Shown piece after piece: positions 11,629 to 20,814 of a DNA stretch of 64,000 nucleotides. Source of the DNA: Betaproteobacteria bacterium (GTDB taxonomy: Bacteria > Pseudomonadota > Gammaproteobacteria > Burkholderiales > SG8-41); NCBI GenBank assembly GCA_028291945.1, contig JAQGNH010000384.1, forward strand, positions 569 to 64,568, given 5' to 3'. A program made the translations under genes and the position numbers. Under the pieces are notes generated by a model, which worked only from the letters and a program-made list of their open reading frames with translations, was not told the origin of the DNA and did no database searches. Position 1 is the first letter of the stretch; every line of letters starts with the position of its first letter.

Positions 11629-13083
11629 ATGACCGAGGAAATTCTCATCAACGTGACGCCGCAGGAAACCCGCGTCGCTGTCATAGAACACGGAGTCACA
11701 CACGAACTCCATATCGAACGCACGTCGGCTCGTGGCCTTGTCGGAAACATCTACATGGGTCGCGTCGTCCGTGTGCTCCCCGGAATGCAATCTGCCTTTG
11801 TCGACATCGGGGGCGAGCGCGCTGCATTTCTCCATGTAGCGGACATATGGGGCAGCAGGCAAAACGGCGGCAACGGCACGCCGATCGAAAAACTGCTGAG
11901 TGAGGGCCAGAATCTCGTGGTGCAGGTGGTCAAAGACCCGATCGGTACCAAGGGTGCACGCCTTTCGACGCAGATCAGCATCGCCGGGCGTTTTCTCGTT
12001 TACCTTCCGCAGGAATCGCACATCGGCATCTCGCAGCGCATCGATGCCGAGGAGGACCGCCAGCATCTGCGTGAAAAGCTGCAGCAGCTGCTGCCGGCGG
12101 AGGAGAAGGGCGGCTTTATCATCCGCACCATGGCGGAGACCGCCTCGGACCGCGAGCTGCAATCCGACGTCGAATATCTGCGCAAGCTATGGCACGGCAT
12201 ACAGGAGCGTGCGCAGTCCCCTGCGCCGCTCACACTGCTGTATCAGGATTTAAATCTCGGGCTGCGCGTATTGCGCGATTTCGTACATGATGGCACCGCT
12301 CGTATATTGATCGACTCGCGCGACACTTATCAGGCGATGCAGCAGTTCGCGATTGAGTTCACCCCGAATGTGGTGCAGCGCCTCGAACACTACCAGGGCG
12401 AGAGGCCTCTGTTCGACCTGTACGGCGTCGAGGATGAGATCGAAAAGGCGCTCGCCCGTCGCGTCGAGCTCAAATCAGGCGGCTATCTCATCATCGATCA
12501 GACCGAAGCGCTCACCACCGTGGACGTCAACACGGGCGGTTTCGTGGGTGGGCGCAGTTTTGACGACACCATATTCAAGACCAATCTCGAAGCAGCGCAG
12601 GTCATTGCACGCCAGCTCCGGATGCGCAACCTCGGCGGCATCATCATCATCGATTTCATCGACATGGACACCGAAGAGCACCGGAATGCGGTGCTGGGCG
12701 AGTTCCGCAAGGCGCTCGCCCGCGACCGTACTCGCATGACCGTGAATGGCTTCACTCAGCTCGGCCTGGTGGAAATGACACGCAAGCGTACGCGGGAGTC
12801 GCTTGCACACGTCTTGTGTGAGCCATGTCCGATTTGTACCGGACGCGGGGAGCTGAAAACTGCGCAAACCGTCTGCTATCAAATACTGCGCGAGCTGCTG
12901 CGCGAAGCACGACAGTTCAACGCGCGTGAGTTTCGTATTCTCGCGTCACAGCAAGTGATCGACATGTTTCTGGACGAAGAATCGCAAAGCCTCGCCATGC
13001 TTTCCGATTTCATCTGCAAGCCGGTGTCGTTGCAGGTGGAGACCTCATACAATCAGGAACAGTTTGACGTTATTCTCATGTAG
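11629..13083 (+). CDS. rng: ribonuclease G
   Basis: RNase E/G family: S1 domain (NIYMGRVVRVLPGMQSAFVDIG) and a catalytic core (IIIDFIDM). At about 484 aa it is the short Rng form. The start is trimmed to ATG 11629 (MTEEILINVTPQETRVAV). Confidence 0.9.
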   Translation: MTEEILINVTPQETRVAVIEHGVTHELHIERTSARGLVGNIYMGRVVRVLPGMQSAFVDIGGERAAFLHVADIWGSRQNGGNGTPIEKLLSEGQNLVVQVVKDPIGTKGARLSTQISIAGRFLVYLPQESHIGISQRIDAEEDRQHLREKLQQLLPAEEKGGFIIRTMAETASDRELQSDVEYLRKLWHGIQERAQSPAPLTLLYQDLNLGLRVLRDFVHDGTARILIDSRDTYQAMQQFAIEFTPNVVQRLEHYQGERPLFDLYGVEDEIEKALARRVELKSGGYLIIDQTEALTTVDVNTGGFVGGRSFDDTIFKTNLEAAQVIARQLRMRNLGGIIIIDFIDMDTEEHRNAVLGEFRKALARDRTRMTVNGFTQLGLVEMTRKRTRESLAHVLCEPCPICTGRGELKTAQTVCYQILRELLREARQFNAREFRILASQQVIDMFLDEESQSLAMLSDFICKPVSLQVETSYNQEQFDVILM

Positions 13084-13211
13084 AAAAACATGGGACATGC
13101 CAGTGCCGGAGCCGAGCTCGCTGCAGGAACCGGCATCTAAGGTATGGCGCGCCGTTCCGCTTTCATTAGCGCTCTGCCGCAGTATCTGCTGAGCGTCTCC
13201 TCTGCCAAATC

Positions 13212-14696
13212 GTGAATAGCTCTCCCGCTCCGACCCGCCAGCACGCCGTTACGACGCCGCTGCGCATCCTTGCCGAGCAAGCGTTCTCGCGTGCTGCCGG
13301 CGCACCGCTGGTGTCGGGCAATCGCGTGCGTATTTTGAAGGATGCAGGCGAGAACTTTCCGGCGTGGCTGAGTGCGATTGCGGCAGCTCGTCGCACGATT
13401 TTTTTCGAGCACTACATCGTTGCAGATGATGAGATCGGCCGCCAGTTTGTAGCGGCTCTTGCGGAGCGTGCAAGAGCAGGTGTGAAGGTGTTTGCTATGC
13501 ACGACTGGTTCGGGGGTCTGGGCTTGGGTAGCTCGAAGCTCTGGCGGCCGCTGGTGCAGGCAGGCGGTTTCGTGCGGCGCTTCAACCCGCCGCGTCCCGA
13601 CAGTCCGTTTGGCTGGCTGACGCGCGACCATCGCAAGCTCGTAGCCGTCGACGGTGAAGTGGGCTATGTCAGCGGCCTCTGTGTCAGTCGCAAGTGGGTC
13701 GGCGATCCCGCGCGCGGTATCGAGCCCTGGCGCGATACAGGCATCGAAGTATGCGGACCTGCGGTAGCCGATCTCGAGGAGGCGTTTGCGCAGGTCTGGG
13801 CGGCTACGGGCGCGCCGCTCGAACCTTCCGATCTGACGCCGGCCGCAGGCATGGCGGTCGCGGGCGATGTGACGCTGCGTGTGCTTGCAACTGTGCCTAG
13901 CATCGCCGGCCTTTACAGACTCGATCAATTGATCGCTGCGATGGCGACGCGGTCACTGTGGATTACCGATCCCTATTTCCTGGGGGTCACGCCGTATGTG
14001 CAGGCGTTGCGCGCGGCCGCGATGGACGGTGTAGACGTGAGGCTGCTCGTGCCGGGCGCAAGCGATGTGCCGTGGGTGTCCCACATGTCGCGCGCGGGCT
14101 ACCGCTCGCTGATGGAAGCGGGCATACGCGTGTTCGAGTGGAACGGACCTATGGTTCACGCCAAAACGGCCGTGGCGGATCGCCGTTGGGCGCGAGTGGG
14201 ATCGACGAATCTGAATCTTGCGAGCTGGATTGGAAATTACGAGCTCGACGTCGCGATCGAGGACATGAGCGTGGCACGGCAGATGGCCGATATGTATGAG
14301 GACGACCTGCAGCGTGCGACTGAGATCGTCCTCGACCGTAGGCGCCGCGTACGGACTGCCGAAACGGCGAATCCCAGGCCACACCGTGGAAAGGCGAGCG
14401 CAGCGCGGGCGGCCGCAGGTGCGCTGCGGCTCAGTAATACGGTGGGAGCAGCGATCACGAACCGGCGGGTGCTCGGGCGCAATGAAGCAAGCATCATGGC
14501 CGGGACCGGTGCAGTGCTTCTCGTATTGACCGCAATCGGAATCGCGTGGCCCATCGTGCTTGCCGCGCCGATAGTCCTTCTTGCCGGTTGGGTGGGCATG
14601 GCCCTCATAATTCGGGCACTGGAGCTGTACACCCGCCCCCGTCGTGAAGAACCCAGGGCACCCGGCGCATCGCGGGGCTGGGATCAGCGGCCCTGA
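13212..14696 (+). CDS. phospholipase D-family protein, cardiolipin synthase ClsB-like, with C-terminal membrane hairpin
   Basis: Two HKD motifs (DHRKLVAVDG and VHAKTAVADRRWARVGSTNLN). The last ~70 aa contain two hydrophobic helices. GTG start. Confidence 0.8.
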   Translation: MNSSPAPTRQHAVTTPLRILAEQAFSRAAGAPLVSGNRVRILKDAGENFPAWLSAIAAARRTIFFEHYIVADDEIGRQFVAALAERARAGVKVFAMHDWFGGLGLGSSKLWRPLVQAGGFVRRFNPPRPDSPFGWLTRDHRKLVAVDGEVGYVSGLCVSRKWVGDPARGIEPWRDTGIEVCGPAVADLEEAFAQVWAATGAPLEPSDLTPAAGMAVAGDVTLRVLATVPSIAGLYRLDQLIAAMATRSLWITDPYFLGVTPYVQALRAAAMDGVDVRLLVPGASDVPWVSHMSRAGYRSLMEAGIRVFEWNGPMVHAKTAVADRRWARVGSTNLNLASWIGNYELDVAIEDMSVARQMADMYEDDLQRATEIVLDRRRRVRTAETANPRPHRGKASAARAAAGALRLSNTVGAAITNRRVLGRNEASIMAGTGAVLLVLTAIGIAWPIVLAAPIVLLAGWVGMALIIRALELYTRPRREEPRAPGASRGWDQRP

Positions 14697-15007
14697 GATT
14701 TATTACCGCTCATTTCTTCCAGTCTCGTGAGCAGTCCGGTCGATACCTGTCGGATCTCAAGAATTTTGCGACGGCCGTGATTCCCATGGATCAGCACGAC
14801 GCTCTTGGCCGGCACGCGGAACAGCCCAGCTACGAAGCTCAGCAGGGCGTCGTTGGCTTTGTTATCGAGCGCAGGCGCTGCGATCCTGATTTTCAGCGCA
14901 TCCCCGTGTATCCCTGCAACACCGCTCGTGCGCGCGTTCGGTTGAGCATACACCGTAAGCGTTAGGGCGCCCGCGAGCGGGTCATACGTCCACCACTCGG
15001 GCTGCAT
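14684..15007 (-). CDS. yggU: DUF167 / YggU-family protein
   Basis: Only the last 107 codons of ORF 14684..15652 (MQPEWWTYDPLAGALTLTVYAQPNARTSGVAGIHGDALKIRIAAPALDNKAND...) are YggU-like. Its ATG at 15007..15005 overlaps the yggT stop (TAATG). Confidence 0.8.
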   Translation of the reverse strand: MQPEWWTYDPLAGALTLTVYAQPNARTSGVAGIHGDALKIRIAAPALDNKANDALLSFVAGLFRVPAKSVVLIHGNHGRRKILEIRQVSTGLLTRLEEMSGNKSQGR

Positions 15008-15582
15008 TACAGCAGTCGAGTGAGGGCGCTCTCGAGATAGGCGAGCGGCAGCATGAGGAGCAACTGGCACGCAATGATCACGAACAGCGGTGAGAGATCG
15101 ACGTTCGCAACAGGCGGGATCAGGCGCTGAAAAGGTCGTAAAAAAGGGCGCGCGAGTGCATTGAGCAGCGGCGCGACCGGACTGTACGGATTCACCCACG
15201 ACAGCACCGCCTGAGCGATCAGCACTACGATCACGACATAGAGTCCCAGACGCATGAGCATCACAGCTGCGAGCAGGAGCATTGCCAGAATTGCTTGTGC
15301 CGGCGCAGCGCCGAACTCGTAGCCGCGGAGCTGCAGCACCAGAAAAAGTTCGAGGAACTGCACGAGCCACGCAAGTGCGAGCGAAGCGAGATCGAGCCCC
15401 CACAGTCCGGGGATGACACGCCGCGCCGGGCGCACAGCGAAGTTCGTGAGCGCGTTGACGAAATCGGATATGGGGTTGCGCTGTGGCGCTCGGGCCCATT
15501 GCAAATAGAACCGCAACAAGAACATCAGTGTAAAAAGGCCGGCGGCCGTCTCGATCAGGAAAATAAGTGTTCTGGTGATCAT
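15007..15582 (-). CDS. yggT: YggT-family membrane protein
   Basis: 191 aa with four or more hydrophobic helices and duplicated YggT repeats. Position after proC matches the conserved yggS-proC-yggT cluster. Confidence 0.85.
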   Translation of the reverse strand: MITRTLIFLIETAAGLFTLMFLLRFYLQWARAPQRNPISDFVNALTNFAVRPARRVIPGLWGLDLASLALAWLVQFLELFLVLQLRGYEFGAAPAQAILAMLLLAAVMLMRLGLYVVIVVLIAQAVLSWVNPYSPVAPLLNALARPFLRPFQRLIPPVANVDLSPLFVIIACQLLLMLPLAYLESALTRLL

Positions 15583-15587
15583 TGGAT

Positions 15588-16412
15588 TCAGCTGTCTTTG
15601 TCGTCTGCACCGAGAGCGTGACCCAGCTCCCGTGAGCGTTCCGCTGCTGCAATCACTGCGCGCGCGATTGCATCTCCGACTTTGGCATTCTCAAGCTCAT
15701 TCAGCGCCCGCTCGGTGGTACCGCCTTTCGACGTGACCCGCGCGCGCAACGTTGCGGCGCTCTCGCCACTCTCGTCTGCGAGTTTCGCGGCGCCTTTGAA
15801 CGTCTCTACAGCGAGAAGACGGGCAGCGCTTTCGTCAAAACCAAGTTGAGTCGCAGCGCGCTGCAGGGCTTCAATGAAGTAAAAAACGTAGGCGGGTCCG
15901 CTACCCGACACGGCAGTGATTCCATCGATGCGCTCTTCTGAGTCGACCCATAGCGTGCGACCCGCTGCGGCAAGTATCTGCTCGGCCCGCGAGCGCTCAT
16001 CTGGCGTCACAGCCTTGGCCGCATAAAGCCCCGTCACGCCTGCAAGGGCGAGCGCCGGTGTGTTCGGCATGGCGCGCACCACGCACTCGTGTCCCCCCAG
16101 CCATCGTGACAGGTCGCCGATGCGTATACCGGCCGCAATCGTGACGACAAGCGTCCCACCGACCAACGGGGCAAGTGCCCGGGCCACATTTCGCATGCTC
16201 TGCGGCTTTACGGCGAGCACGACGCAGTCCGCTTCTGCCACGGCAGGCGCCAGGTCAGCGTAAACCTTTACGCCCGTGTCACGCTTCAGACGGTTGCGCG
16301 CCTCTGCATCGATTTCCACTACGGAGACGTCCTCGGGTGACCAGCCGTTCTTCAGCAGCCCGCCGATCAATGCTGTGGCCATGTTTCCGCCGCCGATGAA
16401 TGTCACCTTCAT
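15588..16412 (-). CDS. proC: pyrroline-5-carboxylate reductase
   Basis: N-terminal Rossmann motif MKVTFIGGGNMATALIGGL and the C-terminal SKGGTTERAL motif, in 274 aa. Confidence 0.93.
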   Translation of the reverse strand: MKVTFIGGGNMATALIGGLLKNGWSPEDVSVVEIDAEARNRLKRDTGVKVYADLAPAVAEADCVVLAVKPQSMRNVARALAPLVGGTLVVTIAAGIRIGDLSRWLGGHECVVRAMPNTPALALAGVTGLYAAKAVTPDERSRAEQILAAAGRTLWVDSEERIDGITAVSGSGPAYVFYFIEALQRAATQLGFDESAARLLAVETFKGAAKLADESGESAATLRARVTSKGGTTERALNELENAKVGDAIARAVIAAAERSRELGHALGADDKDS

Positions 16413-16414
16413 GC

Positions 16415-17128
16415 CTATAGTGTCTCACGGCTGCCAAATACGGCTGTGCCGACGCGAACGATCGTAGCGCCTTCGGCGATTGCGGACTCCAAGTCGTCAG
16501 ACATGCCCATCGAGAGCGTATCCAGCTGATATCCCTCGGCGTTGAGTTCGTCCCTGAGCTTGCGCAGCAAAGCGTAGCGGCTGCGTTGCAGCGCCGTGTC
16601 CAGCGTGGGCTCGGGGATCGCCATCAAGCCTCGAAGACGCAGCCGGTTCAGGTCTGCGATGACGCGAGCGAGCTCTCGTTCCTCGCCGGGCGCGACACCG
16701 CTCTTACTGAGTTCGCCGCTGACGTTGATCTGAATGCAAACATTGAGCGGTGGAAGGTGCGCCGGACGCCCATCGTTCAGACGCACGGCGATGTTGGCGC
16801 GATCGACGCTGTGCACCCACTGAAAGTGCTCAGCAATCACACGCGTCTTGTTGCTTTGTATGGGTCCGATGAAGTGCCACTCGATATCGAGTGGCCCGAG
16901 CTGCGTGATTTTTCGCACGGCCTCCTGCGCATAGCTCTCGCCGAAAGCGGCTTGCCCTGCACGGCATGCTTCTTCAATATAAGGTGCCGGCACAGTTTTG
17001 CTCACGGCGAGCAACGAGATTTCAGACGTGCGGCGAGCGCAGGCCGACGCAGCGCGCTCGATTCGAGTTCGTATCGCTTGCAAGTTAAGAGTGATTGTTG
17101 TCATACTGGTCAATACAGCGTGAAGCAT
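16415..17128 (-). CDS. yggS: YggS-family pyridoxal-phosphate homeostasis protein
   Basis: Alanine-racemase-N fold with the PLP lysine in LLAVSKT and the C-terminal LSMGMSDDLESAI motif. An alternative ATG is at 17104. Confidence 0.9.
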   Translation of the reverse strand: MLHAVLTSMTTITLNLQAIRTRIERAASACARRTSEISLLAVSKTVPAPYIEEACRAGQAAFGESYAQEAVRKITQLGPLDIEWHFIGPIQSNKTRVIAEHFQWVHSVDRANIAVRLNDGRPAHLPPLNVCIQINVSGELSKSGVAPGEERELARVIADLNRLRLRGLMAIPEPTLDTALQRSRYALLRKLRDELNAEGYQLDTLSMGMSDDLESAIAEGATIVRVGTAVFGSRETL

Positions 17129-17193
17129 AAAATCAACGCGTTACAAACGAAACCTCACGCTTCGCGGTACGCTGCCGCTGTGGAGAAATTATA

Positions 17194-18234
17194 ATGGACA
17201 TCTCAGAACTCCTCGCGTTTACCGTGAAGAACAAGGCTTCGGACCTGCACTTGTCCGCTGGCTTGCCGCCCATGATTCGCGTACACGGTGACGTGCGCCG
17301 AATCAACCTTCCCCCGCTCGAGCACAAAGACGTACACGCGATGGTGTACGACATCATGAACGACGGGCAGCGCAAGTTCTATGAAGAGAATCTGGAGTGC
17401 GACTTCTCGTTTGCGATACCCAATCTCGCGCGTTTCCGCGTCAACGCATTCGTACAGCAGCGCGGCGCCGGCGCCGTGTTTCGGATCATTCCTGCAACGG
17501 TGCTCTCGCTCGAAGACCTCAAGGCACCGAAGATTTTCCAGGAGATCTCCGATCAGCCCCGCGGATTGGTGCTCGTGACCGGCCCGACCGGCTCGGGCAA
17601 GTCCACGACGCTCGCTGCTATGGTGAACTACATCAACGAGACCGAGCACGGCCACATCTTGACGGTCGAAGATCCGATCGAATTCGTCCACGACGCCAAG
17701 AAGTGTCTGATCAACCAGCGTGAAGTCGGTCCCCACACGCTTTCATTCGCGAATGCGTTGCGAGCCGCTCTGCGTGAAGACCCGGACGTCATTCTCGTTG
17801 GCGAGATGCGGGACCTCGAAACAATACGCCTCGCCATGACGGCGGCTGAGACGGGCCACCTGGTGTTCGGTACGTTACATACGAGCTCGGCTGCCAAGAC
17901 GATCGACCGGATCATCGATGTGTTTCCCGCCGAAGAGAAAGAAATGGTGCGCTCGATGCTGTCGGAGTCGCTGCGCGCGGTCATATCGCAATCGCTCATC
18001 AAGACGAAGGACGGGCAGGGACGCGTTGCTGCACACGAGATCATGATCGGCACGCCCGCGATCCGTAACCTCATACGGGAAGCCAAGGTCGCTCAAATGT
18101 ATTCGGCTATTCAGACGGGTCAGCAGTTTGGCATGCAGACGCTCGATCAGTGCATGCTCGAGATGGTCAAGCGCAATGCCATTTCGGCGGAAGAAGCACG
18201 CTCACGTGCCGCGAACAAAGACGTTTTTAAATAG
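17194..18234 (+). CDS. pilT: type IV pilus twitching-motility ATPase PilT
   Basis: 346 aa with Walker A GPTGSGKST, the Asp box/His box region (LVGEMRDLETI, GHLVFGTLHT) and the PilT-specific C-terminal AIRNLIRE motif. Confidence 0.93.
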   Translation: MDISELLAFTVKNKASDLHLSAGLPPMIRVHGDVRRINLPPLEHKDVHAMVYDIMNDGQRKFYEENLECDFSFAIPNLARFRVNAFVQQRGAGAVFRIIPATVLSLEDLKAPKIFQEISDQPRGLVLVTGPTGSGKSTTLAAMVNYINETEHGHILTVEDPIEFVHDAKKCLINQREVGPHTLSFANALRAALREDPDVILVGEMRDLETIRLAMTAAETGHLVFGTLHTSSAAKTIDRIIDVFPAEEKEMVRSMLSESLRAVISQSLIKTKDGQGRVAAHEIMIGTPAIRNLIREAKVAQMYSAIQTGQQFGMQTLDQCMLEMVKRNAISAEEARSRAANKDVFK

Positions 18235-18272
18235 CCGCGGACATACACCCAGGGCTGTAGCAAGGAGAGCAC

Positions 18273-19409
18273 GTGGAAAGAGACCAGGCACTCAAGTTCA
18301 TGCAAGACTTGCTGCGCGCCATGGTGTCGAAGAAGGCATCCGACCTGTTCATCACTGCAGGTTTTCCCCCCGCGATCAAGATCGATGGCCGTATCTCTCC
18401 GGTCGCGAACCAGCCATTGTCGCCTCAACATACCGCCGAAATCGCGCGGGCAATGATGAACGACAAACAGGCAGCCGAATTTGAAGCGACCAAAGAATGC
18501 AATTTCGCGCTCAGCCCCGGTGGCATCGGGCGCTTTCGCGTGAGCGCGTTCATACAACAAGGACGCGTGGGCATGGTCCTGCGCACGATCAACACGTCGA
18601 TTCCCAAGCTCGACGATCTGAACCTGCCCTCGGTGCTGCGCGACGTCGTCATGATGAAACGCGGTCTCGTCATCATGATCGGCGGCACCGGTGCAGGTAA
18701 GTCTACAACGCTCGCTGCCATGATCGGACACCGCAACGAGAACAGCTACGGGCACATCATCACCGTGGAGGATCCGGTCGAGTATGTGCATGAGCACAAG
18801 AACTGCGTAGTCACCCAGCGCGACATCGGAGTAGACACCGACTCGTGGTATGCGGCGCTGAAAAACGCGTTGCGCCAGGCCCCGGACGTCATTCTGATCG
18901 GTGAGATCCGCGACCGCCAGACGATGGAATACGCCATCGAGTTTTCTGAAACAGGCCACCTGTGCATGGCCACACTCCATGCGAATAGCGCCAACCAGGC
19001 GCTCGACCGGATCATCAACTTCTTCCCCGAAGAGCGCAAGCAGCAGCTCCTGATGGACCTTTCGCTCAACATTCGAGCGTTCGTTTCCCAGCGGCTTGTT
19101 CCAAAGAAGGATTCGAAGGGGCGCGTCGCAGCCGTGGAAATCATGCTCAACACGCCGCTCATTTCGGATCTCATCTTTAAAGGTGAGGTGCACGAGATCA
19201 AGGCGATCATGGCGAAATCGCGCGAGCTCGGCATGCAGACCTTCGACCAGCATCTATTCGAGCTCTACGACACCGGACAGATCACGTATGAAGACGCGCT
19301 TCGCAACGCTGATTCAGTCAATGAGCTCCGGCTCATGATCAAGCTGAACAGCAAGGAAGCGAAGGAAAAGGATATGATGGGCGGGGTCACGCACCTGAAC
19401 ATCGTCTGA
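18273..19409 (+). CDS. pilU: type IV pilus ATPase PilU
   Basis: A 378-aa PilT paralog directly downstream of pilT, with Walker A GGTGAGKST and GHLCMATLHA. Confidence 0.9.
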   Translation: MERDQALKFMQDLLRAMVSKKASDLFITAGFPPAIKIDGRISPVANQPLSPQHTAEIARAMMNDKQAAEFEATKECNFALSPGGIGRFRVSAFIQQGRVGMVLRTINTSIPKLDDLNLPSVLRDVVMMKRGLVIMIGGTGAGKSTTLAAMIGHRNENSYGHIITVEDPVEYVHEHKNCVVTQRDIGVDTDSWYAALKNALRQAPDVILIGEIRDRQTMEYAIEFSETGHLCMATLHANSANQALDRIINFFPEERKQQLLMDLSLNIRAFVSQRLVPKKDSKGRVAAVEIMLNTPLISDLIFKGEVHEIKAIMAKSRELGMQTFDQHLFELYDTGQITYEDALRNADSVNELRLMIKLNSKEAKEKDMMGGVTHLNIV

Positions 19410-19475
19410 TTCACGCCGCTTGACTATCGGCGCGCACCCACCGGCGCCGCGCTTCCCACGTTTTTCAGTATTCGA

Positions 19476-20224
19476 ATGGATGTACCTTTCGGCTATGGCC
19501 GGTTTGCGGTCGCTGCGCTGACCGTCGCCGTCGGCTATCTCGTTTTCGCGATCACGGGCTTCGGTGCGGCACTGCTCACCGTGCCGGTGCTGTCACATTT
19601 CTTCCCTTTGCCTTTCGTGCTGCCCCTGGCAGTGCTCCTCGACGTCGGTGCGTCGCTTGTTGTCGGTATTCGGTTCCAGCGCGACGCGGACCGGCGCGAG
19701 CTCAAACTGATGGTGCCCTCTTCTTTGATCGGTGCAGTCCTCGGCGTGACCATGCTCGTGAGCCTGCCGCGTGAGGCGGCTTTGACTGGACTCGGCGTGT
19801 TTACGCTCGCCTACGGTGTCTACAACTTACGCCAAGGAACCGCCTTCCAGCCGGTGAGTTCGGCGTGGGCTCCCGTCGCCGCCTGGGCGGAGGCGCGATG
19901 GGCACGTTGTTCGGTGTCGGCGCGCCCCCGTACGCGATCTATCTCAGCCGGCGAATCGACGATAAATCGAGGGTGCGCGCAACGCCGTCGACCATGGTGC
20001 TGTTCAGCACCGGTATGAGGCTGATTGTGTTCGCGTTCGCGCGGCTCGTGCTCGCGGATCGCCTTCTGGCATTCGCGATGCTCTTCCCTTTCGTACTGGC
20101 CGGACTCTGGCTGGGTCACCGCGTGCATCTCTCGATGTCGCGCGAGAAAGTGCTCGCCGCCATCAGCGTGCTGCTGATCGCGGCAGGCATTTCGCTGCTC
20201 GGACGCGTTCTATTTGCTGCCTGA
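19476..20224 (+). pseudogene. TauE/SafE (DUF81) family anion exporter, split by an apparent 1-nt frameshift
   Basis: ORF 19476..20018 carries a typical TauE N-terminal half up to ...QPVSSAWAPVAA, then degenerates. ORF 19865..20224, in another frame, carries the C-terminal half from LGGGAMGTLFGVGAPPYAIYL. The frames join cleanly if one C is restored near 19879..19884 (GCCGCC-TGG read as GCCGCCCTGG), giving about 250 aa. Confidence 0.6.
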
Positions 20225-20233
20225 GCAACTCGG

Positions 20234-20653
20234 TCAGGAGCCCTGCACTTGAGATCCGTCTTCTGCGCTTTTCGGTAAGTAGCGCAACTGCACGGTAAGC
20301 CCCGATACATCGATCTTGCCGAGTTTCAACAGCCGCGCCTCGATTGCGGCACGCGATCGGTTGTGCAGCTTAGCGAGCTCCAGTGAGTTTTTTCCTGCGT
20401 CGAATCCTGCACTCAGACGGTCCTCTTCACTGGATGTCCAGCGTACGAACGTATTCGCCGGCATCTCACCGATTTTCCGATCGCTTGCTGCAGATCTCGG
20501 GCGTGTTCCTTCCATCGTGCGCAGCGCTTCGAACAGCGCTCGCACCGTATCGGGATGCTGGTAGGGACTGTCGGCAGCAAACACTTCGCCGGTCATCGGG
20601 TGCACGCCGTTTGCAAGCGCACTCAGAATTTTCAAAACCTGCTCTCGTTCCAT
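20234..20653 (-). CDS. hypothetical protein with C-terminal SANT/Myb-like helix-turn-helix
   Basis: 139 aa. The segment WTSSEEDRLSAGFDAGKNSLELAKLHNRSRAAIEARLLKLG fits the W-x2-EED-x-L ... RS-x3-I-x2-R pattern of SANT/Myb repeats. The N-terminal half is unassigned. Confidence 0.45.
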   Translation of the reverse strand: MEREQVLKILSALANGVHPMTGEVFAADSPYQHPDTVRALFEALRTMEGTRPRSAASDRKIGEMPANTFVRWTSSEEDRLSAGFDAGKNSLELAKLHNRSRAAIEARLLKLGKIDVSGLTVQLRYLPKSAEDGSQVQGS

Positions 20654-20814
20654 GATGCCCTCCCGTCTGTTGATGTGGTCTCCACCTGATTTAGCTTCTA
20701 TGGTGAAGCGTACGGAACAACGTCACATCGGTAGAGACGTTGACGGAGCAGATGTACGTCGAAGAGCTGTAAACGGAAATGGCGATAAGCGCGTTTGCCA
20801 GCGTGTCGCCGCGC

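Noticed and set aside
15008-15652. Upstream two thirds of the 322-aa ORF 14684..15652
   Set aside because: It overlaps yggT in another frame and is Arg/Ala-rich with no family resemblance. Only the last 107 codons (YggU/DUF167) look real.
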